Translations under genes and position numbers: made by a program
Part shown: positions 32,226 to 42,606 of the stretch, piece by piece
How positions within the stretch are numbered: position 1 is the stretch's first letter
Layout of the letters: every line of letters begins with the position of its first letter
NCBI GenBank assembly: GCA_050951545.1
Contig: JBMNJG010000009.1
Span: 32,001 to 96,000 of the forward strand
Direction of reading: 5' to 3'
Source: Limnochordia bacterium
GTDB lineage: Bacteria > Bacillota > Limnochordia > DTU080
Length of the DNA stretch: 64,000 bases
Notes under the pieces: generated by a model
What the model saw: the letters and a program-made list of their open reading frames with translations, nothing else
The model's database searches: none
What the model was told of the DNA's origin: nothing

Positions 32226-33456
32226 TCAGGATGGCGTTGATTCGCGGGTCCACGCGGGCTACAGCCGTGCTCAGAGACTCTTGCCCGCGCAGGGCTGGCA
32301 CCACTACGTCGTTGATGGCCTTGAGGATATCTGCCACCCTTGTGGACTTGATTGTCTGCGGAAGTGCCGAAAGGGCACCGTCCACGAAGGCAGCTCGGTT
32401 GTAATCAGCAGGTACAGGCGCGAAAGGCCAGCGATTTGTGCGGGCCATCGGGAGGTAGGCTGGTACGCTGTTGTAGCTGAAGGCCCCTTCTTGACACATG
32501 AATTTCATGAACTCCCAGGATTCCTGTGGGTGTTTTCCCTTACCCATGACCACGCCTCCGGGAACTACTGCATTGATGGCCCCTGCTGGTCCGGCTGGCA
32601 ACCGAGCCACGTTGTAGCTAAAGGTAGCGTAGCTACTCATGCGCTGGGCGACCGCGTAGTACGCGTACATCCCGACGCGACCCTCGTAAAACGGTGTAGC
32701 ACTATAGCTCGGTTCCACTACTGCGTCTTGAGCTATTAGCTCTTGCACGAACTGCAAGCCCCTCACGGTCGCGGGCTCGCCCGCCGCTGAGCGAGTAGGA
32801 TTATCTGCATCATCAACCCAGTTGCCACCAGCAGAGAAGACCCAAGGCGTGACGAATTCGGCACCGAGAGACATGGCCAGGCCCCATTGGTCAGTGCGGC
32901 CGTCGCTGTTGCGGTCCTGCGTAAGCTTCTTGGCATCGTCTCGGAAGCGAGCCCAAGTGGAATTATCGGTAGGGTACGAGAGGCCAGCGTAGTCGAAGAG
33001 CTCTTTGTTGTGCCAGATGCTTGTCACCTGGAAGTGACTCGACAAACCGTACTGGACACCGCCCCGCGCGTAGGCCGTCAGAGCAGCCGGAAAGAAACGG
33101 TCAGCCCGAAACGAAGGATCTCTGTCGATGAAGGGGTTTAGATCGTTGGTCAGACCAGCCGTATAGTACGTCAGAGCGGTATCGGCATTGCTCATCCATG
33201 CATCAACGGTCTGACCCCCCAGGGCCATACTGATCATCTTCTCCTGGAAACCACCGGGGACATGCATGAGCTCCACGCGAATGTCTGCGTGAGCATCTTC
33301 GAAATCGTTCTTGATGGGCACCCAGATGTCAGTGTACTCCGACTGCGCTCCCCAGAATGCCACGGTGATCGTGACGGGCGCAGCCACAGCCATACTCGGG
33401 AAAACCAGAACTGCGAGGAGAAAGACACAATGACTCGTTCGGAATGGCACCGACAT
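32218..33456 (-). CDS. Sugar ABC transporter substrate-binding protein
   Basis: Signal peptide, DLNPFI, NKELFDYAGL, DRNSDG loop, HPQESWEFMKF. Confidence 0.9.
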   Translation of the reverse strand: MSVPFRTSHCVFLLAVLVFPSMAVAAPVTITVAFWGAQSEYTDIWVPIKNDFEDAHADIRVELMHVPGGFQEKMISMALGGQTVDAWMSNADTALTYYTAGLTNDLNPFIDRDPSFRADRFFPAALTAYARGGVQYGLSSHFQVTSIWHNKELFDYAGLSYPTDNSTWARFRDDAKKLTQDRNSDGRTDQWGLAMSLGAEFVTPWVFSAGGNWVDDADNPTRSAAGEPATVRGLQFVQELIAQDAVVEPSYSATPFYEGRVGMYAYYAVAQRMSSYATFSYNVARLPAGPAGAINAVVPGGVVMGKGKHPQESWEFMKFMCQEGAFSYNSVPAYLPMARTNRWPFAPVPADYNRAAFVDGALSALPQTIKSTRVADILKAINDVVVPALRGQESLSTAVARVDPRINAILND

Positions 33457-33835
33457 AACAATCCCCTTTCTATTCTATACCTGGCCCAAAACTCAGCCTT
33501 GCGCTCCAGGAGGCGTCTCACAGGAAACCGCTTCGTCCTCTGCGGGAAGTGGTATGTGCCACATGCAGTACTATGTAATGTCTTTCCTTCGATGCGTTTC
33601 TTTCTGCCCCTTCTATGTACTTCTATTGTTTTACGGTTAGCGAGCGAGAGGGCCCAATCGCTATGTTGCGAACGACCGGAATCGGCAGTGAACAGGAACA
33701 GTGGTACGCTGATGCGACGGCACAGACGTCATGTCCCATCGATCCCATCTTGCTCCGCACTGGCCTCACAGCAGGATCTCCTTCCCGGTAGCAGAAGGGA
33801 AGATGCACAGTGAAAAGAAGGAGGCCCTTCTGTCC

Positions 33836-36223
33836 ATGACTGATCATCTCGACCCTCGCCAGAGCCTTGTCTTGCGCCACGGCTGGCGGTTTGCGCGAAT
33901 GGATGACCCCCACGCTGCCTACATCGCCTACGATGATGCAGACTGGCAACAGGTGCGCGTTCCCCATGACTGGGCCATAGGTGGTGCCTTCGACAAGACC
34001 ACAGACAAGGACTTGGGGCGCACTGGAGGTCTGCCTCATGTCGGTGTGGGTTGGTACCGACAGCGTTTTGTCGCCCCCCAGACCTGGACGGGTAAGCGCG
34101 TCTTTGTCGAGTTTGACGGAGTGATGAGCCGTAGCACCGTCTACGTCAATGGCCACGAGGTAGGATCCTGGCCGTATGGCTATAGCTCCTTTGCCTTTGA
34201 GATCACCGATTATCTACAGTGCGACACCGAGAACGTACTGGCTGTTCGGGTAGACAACAAACCCGCCGCCTCTCGCTGGTACCCGGGGGCTGGCCTCTAC
34301 CGCTATGTGCGCCTCGTGATCGTCGATCCAGTGCATGTAGCCCACTGGGGGACCACTGTCACCACACCGGAGATCACAGCCGAAAACGCCGTCGTGGCCA
34401 TCCGGACGGAAGTGACCAACAGTCGCGACGTGGTTCGGGCAGTGGAACTGACCAGCACTATCCTCGATCCCCAAGGGGTGGAGATAGCCACGGGTACCTC
34501 GGTGCAAACGATCGCCGCAGGCCACACCCAGGTTTACGCAGAACGGCTCACAGTAGAGGCACCCCAGCTATGGGACGTCAACCATCCCCAGCTATACCGT
34601 CTGGTCTCACGTCTATATGTAGACGGGCACGAGACGGACTGCTATGAGACACGCTTTGGCATTCGTACATTGCGTTTTGATGCCAATGAGGGGTTCTTCC
34701 TCAATGGGCGGGGGTTGAAGCTGCAAGGGGTCTGCCAACACCATGACTTGGGGGCCTTGGGCAGCGCGGTGCATCCCCGAGCTATCGAGCGCCAGTTGGA
34801 GTTGCTTAAGGAAATGGGCTGCAACGCTATCCGCACAAGCCACAACCCCCCAGCCCCGGAACTGCTCGATCTGTGCGATACGATGGGCTTCCTCGTCATT
34901 GACGAAGCCTTTGATGAGTGGCGGATCCGCAAGGTCGAAAACGGGTACCACCAGCTCTTCGATGCCTGGGCAGAGAAGGATCTGCAAGCGATGATCAGAC
35001 GCGACCGCAACCACCCGTGCATTATCATGTGGAGTATCGGCAACGAAGTGCCCGATCAGCGTCATCCAAGTGGTGCGGAAACTGCCCGCTTCTTAACTGA
35101 GATCTGCCATGAGGAAGACCCCACTCGCCCGGTCACAGCTGGTTTTGATTCATCAGATGAGGCTATCGCCAACGGCCTGGCCGATGCGGTGGACATTCCC
35201 GGCTGGAACTACAAGTGCCACCTCTACGAGAAGTATCACGCCGAGCATCCGGAGTGGGTTATGTATGGTAGCGAAACTGAGTCGTGCGTCAGCTCCCGCG
35301 GCGAGTACTTCCTGCCCGTTGAGCCGGAAAAGGGGGTCCAGCGCCCGAGCCTACACTGCACCGCCTATGATGTAGCTGCGCCACCTTGGGGTTACGTACC
35401 CGATGCCGAGCTGACAGCCCAAGCGGATTGCCCCTTTATCTTGGGTCAGTTTACGTGGACTGGCTTTGACTATCTCGGCGAACCCACCCCCTATCAGTCG
35501 AAGTGGCCTAGCCGTAGCTCCTACTTTGGCATCATCGACTTGTGTGGCATTCGCAAAGACCGCTACTACCTGTACCGAAGTGCCTGGTCCGACGAGCCCA
35601 CCCTCCACCTGCTCCCACACTGGAACTGGGCAGGCCACGAAGGACAACCCATCCCAGTGCACTGCTACACGAGCTACCCTACAGCCGAACTCTTCTTGAA
35701 CGGCAGATCCCTGGGCATCCGGACCAAGGGAACCCAAACGAGCGAGCTCGGCAAGCCCTTCACCCGGTGGCGCTTGATCTGGGATGACGTACCCTACGAA
35801 CCCGGGACCCTGGAGGTTGTCGCTTTCGATGCTGACGGAAAGCCAGCGATGACCGCACAGATGCACACCGCGGGAGCTCCAGTCAAGATTGAACTGCTGC
35901 CGGACCGCGAGGAGATCAAGGCCGACGGCGAAGACCTTAGCTTCATCACAGTGCGCATTACCGATGCTGCGGGCCATCTCTGCCCCCACGCTGCACAGCG
36001 CATTTCCTTCCGCTTAGAGGGAGCGGCGGAAATAGCCGCCATCGATAACGGCGACCCGACCAGCCTGGAGCCTTTCTGCGCGGACAGTCGCCGCGCCTTT
36101 CACGGCATGTGCATGCTGATTGTCCGCTCCCAGGCTGACGAGAGCGGTCCAGTGCATGTCGCGGCAACTGCTGACGGGTTGGCTCCTACTGAGATTTCCA
36201 TCGTCGCTACGCCCTCGAGTTAG
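33836..36223 (+). CDS. Glycoside hydrolase family 2 (beta-galactosidase-like)
   Basis: VPHDWAI, EFDGV, SRWYPGAGLYR, GVCQHHDLG, NAIRTSHNPP, NHP.IIMWSIGNE, SET, WTGFDYLGEP. Confidence 0.93.
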   Translation: MTDHLDPRQSLVLRHGWRFARMDDPHAAYIAYDDADWQQVRVPHDWAIGGAFDKTTDKDLGRTGGLPHVGVGWYRQRFVAPQTWTGKRVFVEFDGVMSRSTVYVNGHEVGSWPYGYSSFAFEITDYLQCDTENVLAVRVDNKPAASRWYPGAGLYRYVRLVIVDPVHVAHWGTTVTTPEITAENAVVAIRTEVTNSRDVVRAVELTSTILDPQGVEIATGTSVQTIAAGHTQVYAERLTVEAPQLWDVNHPQLYRLVSRLYVDGHETDCYETRFGIRTLRFDANEGFFLNGRGLKLQGVCQHHDLGALGSAVHPRAIERQLELLKEMGCNAIRTSHNPPAPELLDLCDTMGFLVIDEAFDEWRIRKVENGYHQLFDAWAEKDLQAMIRRDRNHPCIIMWSIGNEVPDQRHPSGAETARFLTEICHEEDPTRPVTAGFDSSDEAIANGLADAVDIPGWNYKCHLYEKYHAEHPEWVMYGSETESCVSSRGEYFLPVEPEKGVQRPSLHCTAYDVAAPPWGYVPDAELTAQADCPFILGQFTWTGFDYLGEPTPYQSKWPSRSSYFGIIDLCGIRKDRYYLYRSAWSDEPTLHLLPHWNWAGHEGQPIPVHCYTSYPTAELFLNGRSLGIRTKGTQTSELGKPFTRWRLIWDDVPYEPGTLEVVAFDADGKPAMTAQMHTAGAPVKIELLPDREEIKADGEDLSFITVRITDAAGHLCPHAAQRISFRLEGAAEIAAIDNGDPTSLEPFCADSRRAFHGMCMLIVRSQADESGPVHVAATADGLAPTEISIVATPSS

Positions 36224-36474
36224 CGTGGCGCGGAATTAGTACCTGGTCCACCATCTTGCGCGATCAGGTGAATCACAGCATCGCGGTCTATGCGCCAGGC
36301 CTACGACTGGCTGGACCGCTGGTTAGCTGAAAATGACAGTCGCCGTCCAGAGCAAATGGGCGTTAGCTATGCTCTGCTGCGCACCGCGCCGCCCGTTATC
36401 TGCTAAAAGAGGGGATATACCCTGGGGTATCCAATATTGTGGTCCATAGGACTATCCAAGGGGGAATGACCCTC

Positions 36475-37824
36475 ATGATCATGCGTCTTATCTGGGCCGC
36501 CTTGGCCATGAGCTACGCCTGGGGTGTGCGCGGTACAGTAAGTGGTGCGATGCGAGGAGCGATGTTCGCTGGCGCGGTTCTGGGGCTTTCCACGGCCCTG
36601 CTCTCCACCCGGGCCGATGTACAGCAGGCCTATTTCCTCCTTGCGGCGGCCGGCGCCATAGGGCTAGGTTTCGGCGGCTGCATGACCTACGGACAGACTC
36701 TGGGACTCATCCACGACTACCGACCAGCGCCTCTCTACTGGTGGGGACTGCTCGGTACTGCAGTGAAGGGATGTGTCTGGATTGGCTTGGGGGCCCTCCT
36801 GATAGCCATGCTCGGGGGCCCCGCGCACTACAGCTGGTTCGAGTGGGGCGGCTTGGCGGTGGCTGGCACCTTCGCCTGGGCAGCTGGTATTCTGCTTCTG
36901 AACCGACCACACGCCCCACCTGACGACCTACCTCGAGTCTACTTCTCGAAGCGCGGTCCAGACGCCCGCTTGGAGTACTGGGGCGGCATGTGGGGTCTCT
37001 TTGCTGTGCTCTTTCTCTATGCATGGCGAGTTCGGCAGGATAGTTTTGCCTGCGGTATGGCTGGCTTTGGCCTGCTGGGTGGTCTCGGCTTCCCTCTGGG
37101 CCAGATCCTTCAAGCCTGGGGCCGGCATCGAATTCCCTTTGGCCCTCGCCTGCAACACAGAATCGACTGGTGGAAGGTGATGGAGTTCACCTTCGGGGCT
37201 GTCGCTGGCATCTGCGTCATCGGTGGTTGGCTGCACCTTGAGAAGAGTATCCCGGAGCCGATGCCGTCATCATGGATAACTGGAGCGTCAAACTCGCCTC
37301 TGGCAACGATATTCCTGGTTATGTGGGCGGTAGCAATACTGCTCGAACCGTACTGGGGGCCCCACCGTTCTCCCCAACGCACGTGGCAGACCCTTGCCCT
37401 CTGCATGGGTGTCCCTTTGCTGGGCGTAGCCAGCGGTGCTCCCTTGTGGGCCCGCTGGGTAGCCGGTCCTCTTATGTTCTGGGTAGTTGGGATCACCGTC
37501 CCCAACCAACACTGGAAAAGGATCCGAGGCCAGTCATGGGTCTACCTGGCCATTTTCGCCGTGATAACAGGCGCAGCCATATGGGTGACCTGGGGAAACC
37601 CTTCCGCGGTGCAGCTATGGAGAGGGCTGATCATGTACCACTTCATCTTGGTACTACTCAAGGAATGGACCCTAACCCACGAGACGTGGCCCACGCTTAG
37701 GGCTGAAAAAGGCTCCGTCCGAGCCCTCCTCCAGTGTCTGGGTGGCCGCAATCCTGTGGTGGTGGTTTTTGCCTTGCAGGTTCTGCTACTGATCATCTGG
37801 CAGCCGATGCCAAACGGATCATAG
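36475..37824 (+). CDS. Polytopic membrane protein of unknown function
   Basis: More than ten hydrophobic segments, W.VRG..G...GAM, FGG.MTYGQT.G, WWKVMEFTFG. Confidence 0.75.
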   Translation: MIMRLIWAALAMSYAWGVRGTVSGAMRGAMFAGAVLGLSTALLSTRADVQQAYFLLAAAGAIGLGFGGCMTYGQTLGLIHDYRPAPLYWWGLLGTAVKGCVWIGLGALLIAMLGGPAHYSWFEWGGLAVAGTFAWAAGILLLNRPHAPPDDLPRVYFSKRGPDARLEYWGGMWGLFAVLFLYAWRVRQDSFACGMAGFGLLGGLGFPLGQILQAWGRHRIPFGPRLQHRIDWWKVMEFTFGAVAGICVIGGWLHLEKSIPEPMPSSWITGASNSPLATIFLVMWAVAILLEPYWGPHRSPQRTWQTLALCMGVPLLGVASGAPLWARWVAGPLMFWVVGITVPNQHWKRIRGQSWVYLAIFAVITGAAIWVTWGNPSAVQLWRGLIMYHFILVLLKEWTLTHETWPTLRAEKGSVRALLQCLGGRNPVVVVFALQVLLLIIWQPMPNGS

Positions 37825-37907
37825 GAGATCATCTGCGGGTTTGCCTAACGTATGACCTAGAACGAACGTCAAATGAGCACTTTGGAGAAAGATAGGAGGT
37901 GGCCTAG

Positions 37908-38276
37908 GTGCCAGCTGTTGCTGGAGTTGCTGTAGCTGTAGACCCACGAATAGAGTTAGTACAAATTGTCATGTTCCTCACGGGTCTACAGGAGAAGACG
38001 CGTCAGCCTGTGCTTAAGCACCAGTATACAGATGCGGTACAACGGTGGTTTGCCCCAACTGAGAATCACCCTGCTGTAAAGACTGCAGCCAGGCTTATTG
38101 GCGAACGGTTCATTCATCCCAAACCCAATCGCCTCATGTTGCTCTTAGGGTTGCCACCAGACTTGCCTGAGATATTCCCTGTTGCTAGGTACAACGATCT
38201 TGTAAAATATGAGAGCGGCTACATTGCTGAGGTACTGCAGGACTGGGTTGAATCTGGTATTCAAATGAGCTGCTAA
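37908..38276 (+). pseudogene. Short AT-richer ORF resembling the N-terminus of DUF4932-like proteins; probably truncated
   Basis: VDPRIEL...Y...V.RWFAP..NHPAV motif, GGAGG RBS, only 122 aa. Confidence 0.45.
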
Positions 38277-38450
38277 CGTTTTTGATGAGGCACGAATATG
38301 CTCATTGCTTTGTAAACCATATTACCTACGAACACATGCAGAGCATCAATGCGTTGAGTGGGTTGAAACCGCGACAGCAACGCGCAGCCAGGAAAAACAG
38401 GTGCTGCTAACCCGTGAGGAATGGGGGGCGATTCTAAGATCGACCGCCTA

Positions 38451-39236
38451 TCACTTTGTCGCCAAGATATCGCGAACCAGAGCGGCGTTCTCCTCCACTA
38501 TGTCGTCTTTGTCTCCACGGTGCATGCCCACGTTCACCACGTCGTCCGGCTTGATATGGTCAAAGGCGTACTCAAAGGACATACGTGGGTCCATGCGGCC
38601 AGCGCCCATAATCTTGTAGGCGATGCACGGCTTAGCGATGCGCTGGATACAGTCCGCCGCAACCGGAACGTCTGCCAGCTGGAAACGATGCCCTTTGCCT
38701 GAGTGCAGGCTTCCGCAGTTGAAGAAACAGACGGCATGGAAATCGACGACGTCCAGGCTATCGACCCATAGATGCGCTTGTGGAGCATGGCCAGCCACGC
38801 CCACTGGCACACCCAAAGAGCGGGCATAGTCACACCAGGAGCGTAATTCCTCAGCATCTTGCTTGGCAAAGACGCCATCCACAAGCCCGCCATGGAAGTA
38901 CAGGCCCTTGCATCCTATCTCCACTACCTCGTCAATGGCTGCCTTCCAGCTCGGATTAACCCGCAAGTTCACCTGGGCAATCCACTGGAGTGGTCCGTTG
39001 GCGGCTCTATACTCGCGTACTGCTTGCATGACATTGGGGCTCTCGTTGTTGGTGATCATCGTGTTGATCCCTGCAGCGGCAGCCCTTTCCCATGTCTCCA
39101 ATATTCGGGCTGGCGTATGGTAGGCGACCATCTCTTGATCCCGCGCTTTGCTTTGGTGGCTAAAACCCCCAAAAGGGTTCGCCCCGATGATGAGACGCGT
39201 AACGGTAAGGCCGCAGAAGTTGACACTAGGCAGCAT
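38451..39236 (-). CDS. Aldo/keto reductase-like TIM-barrel hypothetical protein
   Basis: VTRLIIGANPFGGFSH, GVAGH.P, KPCIAYKIMGAGR. Confidence 0.7.
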   Translation of the reverse strand: MLPSVNFCGLTVTRLIIGANPFGGFSHQSKARDQEMVAYHTPARILETWERAAAAGINTMITNNESPNVMQAVREYRAANGPLQWIAQVNLRVNPSWKAAIDEVVEIGCKGLYFHGGLVDGVFAKQDAEELRSWCDYARSLGVPVGVAGHAPQAHLWVDSLDVVDFHAVCFFNCGSLHSGKGHRFQLADVPVAADCIQRIAKPCIAYKIMGAGRMDPRMSFEYAFDHIKPDDVVNVGMHRGDKDDIVEENAALVRDILATK

Positions 39237-39477
39237 ACGAGATTCCTCCCCACACAAGAGCTAATGGTTTACGTAGTAACGCGTGGTCAATCCCTATTTT
39301 ATGGGCAGGAGGCTGTACTCCTGCATGATTTCAACGTAGTGCGACTTTGTTATTCCTTCACACAGGCGGTACCACGACTTACTGCTTGTTGACCAGGGTA
39401 TTAGAGTTGCGCTGCAGAATTGACTTCAGACGCCTACAGTGCACGACGGGGCGAGGGTTGAGTATGGGGGTTGCGTC

Positions 39478-40122
39478 ATGAGTCATAACCGCATCCGGTT
39501 AGTGTTGCTTGACCTCGGTGGTGTGCTAGTGGAGCTTGCTGGGCTTCCCACCCCGTTGCAGAGGCTTACAGACCACCTACCACCCAATGAGATCTGGGAC
39601 CGATGGCTTACATCGCCTGCGGTGAAGGCCTTTGAGACGGGACAAATAGAGCCCCAAGCATTCGCAGCACGCCTAATTGAGGAAATGGGTCTATGCATGG
39701 GACCTGATGAGTTGCTGGAGGAGTTGCTCTTGTGGCCGAAAGGATTGTTTCCGGGGGCTTTCGAACTGGTGCAGAGCATACCTTCGCAATACGAGCGTGC
39801 TATCTTGAGCAACTGCAACGCCCTGCACTGGCCGCGGTTGGTCGACGATACGGGGCTCGGGAGCATAATAGGCCTGCGTTTTGCATCACACCTGATGGGG
39901 AAGGTCAAGCCCGACAAAGAGGCCTTTCAGCATGTGCTTGATGCTACGCGATTTGCTCCTTCCGAGATCCTTTTCCTCGATGACAATAGGTCAAACGTGG
40001 ACGCAGCTACAGAGCTTGGCATCAATGCATGTCAGGTGCGAGGCATCGCCGAGACCAAGCAGGCGCTTGTCCAGGCGGGCATCCTTCCGGCCCAGCACCT
40101 TGAAGGCCCCTCATGTTCATAG
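39478..40122 (+). CDS. HAD family phosphatase (YihX-like)
   Basis: LDLGGVL, ILSN, KPD, FLDD...NV. Confidence 0.9.
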   Translation: MSHNRIRLVLLDLGGVLVELAGLPTPLQRLTDHLPPNEIWDRWLTSPAVKAFETGQIEPQAFAARLIEEMGLCMGPDELLEELLLWPKGLFPGAFELVQSIPSQYERAILSNCNALHWPRLVDDTGLGSIIGLRFASHLMGKVKPDKEAFQHVLDATRFAPSEILFLDDNRSNVDAATELGINACQVRGIAETKQALVQAGILPAQHLEGPSCS

Positions 40123-40255
40123 GTCGCGGTGGGCCAGCCATGCCGAGCGCCCTTTTTCCGCTCGCTTTTCCCCGTAACGCCGCGGCGCCCGGACATGGCC
40201 GCAGGCGCACTGCAGCGTGAAGCAGAATACTGACTCTGCAGTAGGAGGTGCTTGT

Positions 40256-41494
40256 ATGCCAACCACCGATGTGACCCCTTCCCGCAACCGGGCTTTCTTT
40301 CAGTTACCGCCCAGGGCCTGGAACCCCAGCCTTCTTGCCGCTGCCGTATCCATGGACATGGGCCTGAGCCTCAGCCTTCTCGCCACTTCGCTCCTGGCCA
40401 TCGCGTTGGGAGCCTCGCCGCTGCAGCTTGGCCTGATGGGTGTGGTGTGGCGCATTCCCTATGTTCTTTTCTGCCCGGTGGCAGGCAAAGTCTCCGACCG
40501 GGCCGGCCGTAAACGCATGGCGCAGGCTGCCGCATTGTCTCTGGGTTTTCTCCATCTGGTGCTGACTCGTGTTACCACTGTGAGTCAGTTACTTTGTGTT
40601 GTACCTTTCATTGGCCTGGCCACTGGCATGTTCTGGCCACCCCTACAGAGTTGGATCGGCGACATGCGGACTGGGGAACTGGGGACCGCCGTGGGCAAGT
40701 TCAACATCGCCTGGAGTTCAGCTGGGATGCTCGGCACCCTACTGGCAGGCTTCCTATCAGAGATTGGCACGCGGACGCCCTTTCTCATCTCTGCTTGTCT
40801 AGTGGTGATGATCGTCTTGCTGGTCACGCTGGTTCCCGAACAACCGCCGACGCAAGACCGTTCAAGCGCCGAGCCAGCGACTACTCGCCTAGCGGCAGCA
40901 CGGCCTGACCCGGAGACGCACCGCGCCTTTCTGCACGCCGCGTGGGTGGCAAACCTGGTCGCCTTTATCGGTATCGGCACCATCACCACCTTCTTCCCCA
41001 AACTTGGTGCTGACCTTGGCCTTTCGCCTAGCGTCATAGGGATGATCGTAAGCACTTTTGCTCTCGGTCGCCTCCTGACGTTCGTCATACTGACGCGAAG
41101 CACTCGCTGGCAGTATCACGCAAGGTTGCTCGTGATGGCCCTCTTGGTGAGCGCCGCTAGCATGGGCCTTGCCGCCGCCAGTAACACACTCTGGCTGCTC
41201 GCCTTCTGCTTTGCCATCATGGGGGTTGTAGGCGGCATCACCTACACTGCCAGCCTGTATTACGCACTCGACGCGCCTGGGCAGGGTGGAGCGAACGCTG
41301 GAATCCACGAGTCACTTCTGAGCGCTGGCCTGGCACTTAGCGCATTCTCCGGCGGTGTCGTGGCGCAGACTTGGGGGTTGAGGGCTCCGTTTCTGCTTAG
41401 TGGCGTGATACTCCTGGTAGGAACCTTGTGGATTGCGTGGCGACTGGATCTGCATGCTACGGGCCTCGCCTCAGAATCGGCTCAGGAACCGTAA
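40256..41494 (+). CDS. MFS transporter
   Basis: Motif A GKVSDRAGRK, about twelve TM segments. Confidence 0.9.
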   Translation: MPTTDVTPSRNRAFFQLPPRAWNPSLLAAAVSMDMGLSLSLLATSLLAIALGASPLQLGLMGVVWRIPYVLFCPVAGKVSDRAGRKRMAQAAALSLGFLHLVLTRVTTVSQLLCVVPFIGLATGMFWPPLQSWIGDMRTGELGTAVGKFNIAWSSAGMLGTLLAGFLSEIGTRTPFLISACLVVMIVLLVTLVPEQPPTQDRSSAEPATTRLAAARPDPETHRAFLHAAWVANLVAFIGIGTITTFFPKLGADLGLSPSVIGMIVSTFALGRLLTFVILTRSTRWQYHARLLVMALLVSAASMGLAAASNTLWLLAFCFAIMGVVGGITYTASLYYALDAPGQGGANAGIHESLLSAGLALSAFSGGVVAQTWGLRAPFLLSGVILLVGTLWIAWRLDLHATGLASESAQEP

Positions 41495-41744
41495 CCATTA
41501 CGCGATCCTTACAGACGAGGCACGCGGGGGAAGAGGCCAGAAGACTACTCTGCCCGCTAGGCCAATACTGACACCGTTGACCAAAAAGACAAAAAATGAC
41601 GGTGAGTGATAAAGGAGCCTGGATGTGGGTGGCGAAAGAGGGACCCACGCCGGCTGTCGTGCGACGCACTGCTTGTCAAATACAGGTCTGTCTCTCTTCT
41701 CTGGTGCGAAAGACGGCAGCCAAAGCATATGAGGAGGGATCTTC

Positions 41745-42458
41745 GTGCGTGTAGTGAGTGCTGTCACACTGTGTGTCGTTCTGCTTCTCGGGTCAATAGG
41801 AATGGCTGCCCCGTCCAAGGAAAACGCAATGCTGTACTTCAGCTTTGAGGAGATCGTAGAAGACCGAGTGGTCGAGGGTACTGGGAAGTCAGGCATCGGC
41901 ACGATCAGCGGCAAGATCACACTCGTAGAGGGCGTGAGGGGTCAAGCGGGCCAGTTTGCTCCCAACACGTACATCGACATCGGTACTCTCCCGGCTGACG
42001 TCATCCCCAAGGACGAAATAACGATTTCGGTCTGGTTTAACGTGCCCTCGGGCACAACCCACGAAATCCTGAACGCACGGGCTTCAGACGGCACATGGGT
42101 TTTCCACCCAGAGATTCGGTCTGACGGCAGATATCGTTGGCTTGTCCGGACGAAGGGCGCGAATACCGTATTCGATATGCAAACTGGTTCTGTCGCCTGG
42201 AGTACCTGGACGCATTTCGCCGGGGTCTACAGTGCCTCGCAAGGATACGCGGCTCTTTACATCAATGGTCAAGAGATTGCTCGACAGCCCGTTACTGGCG
42301 TCCAGATGATGCAAGACTGGGGTATGGGGGCTCGGGTAGGCCTCACCATTGATGATGCCAGGCCTTTCTCTGGCAAGATGGATGATCTCATTGTATGGAA
42401 CAAGGCCCTCTCGGCTGACGACATCAAATACGTAATGGAAAATGGCATCGGAGAGTAG
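41745..42458 (+). CDS. Secreted LamG/concanavalin-like domain protein
   Basis: Signal peptide, YFSFEE, TISVWF, WTHFAGVY, LYING, F.G.MDDL.VWNKALS. Confidence 0.88.
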   Translation: MRVVSAVTLCVVLLLGSIGMAAPSKENAMLYFSFEEIVEDRVVEGTGKSGIGTISGKITLVEGVRGQAGQFAPNTYIDIGTLPADVIPKDEITISVWFNVPSGTTHEILNARASDGTWVFHPEIRSDGRYRWLVRTKGANTVFDMQTGSVAWSTWTHFAGVYSASQGYAALYINGQEIARQPVTGVQMMQDWGMGARVGLTIDDARPFSGKMDDLIVWNKALSADDIKYVMENGIGE

Positions 42459-42510
42459 GCTCCCCTTGGTCTATTCTGAAAGGGGCCGCCACTCGTGCCC
42501 GACCTTCCGG

Positions 42511-42548
42511 AGCGCGAATCCCCGCCTAGGGGATTCGCGCTGTCTTTT
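42511..42548 (+). terminator. Intrinsic terminator
   Basis: AGCGCGAATCCCC-gccta-GGGGATTCGCGCT followed by GTCTTTT. Confidence 0.8.
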
Positions 42549-42606
42549 CCGCGAACCATTCCCCTCGAAGCGCCACTAGATAAGTGAAAGGCATGGCGGT
42601 GGTGTT

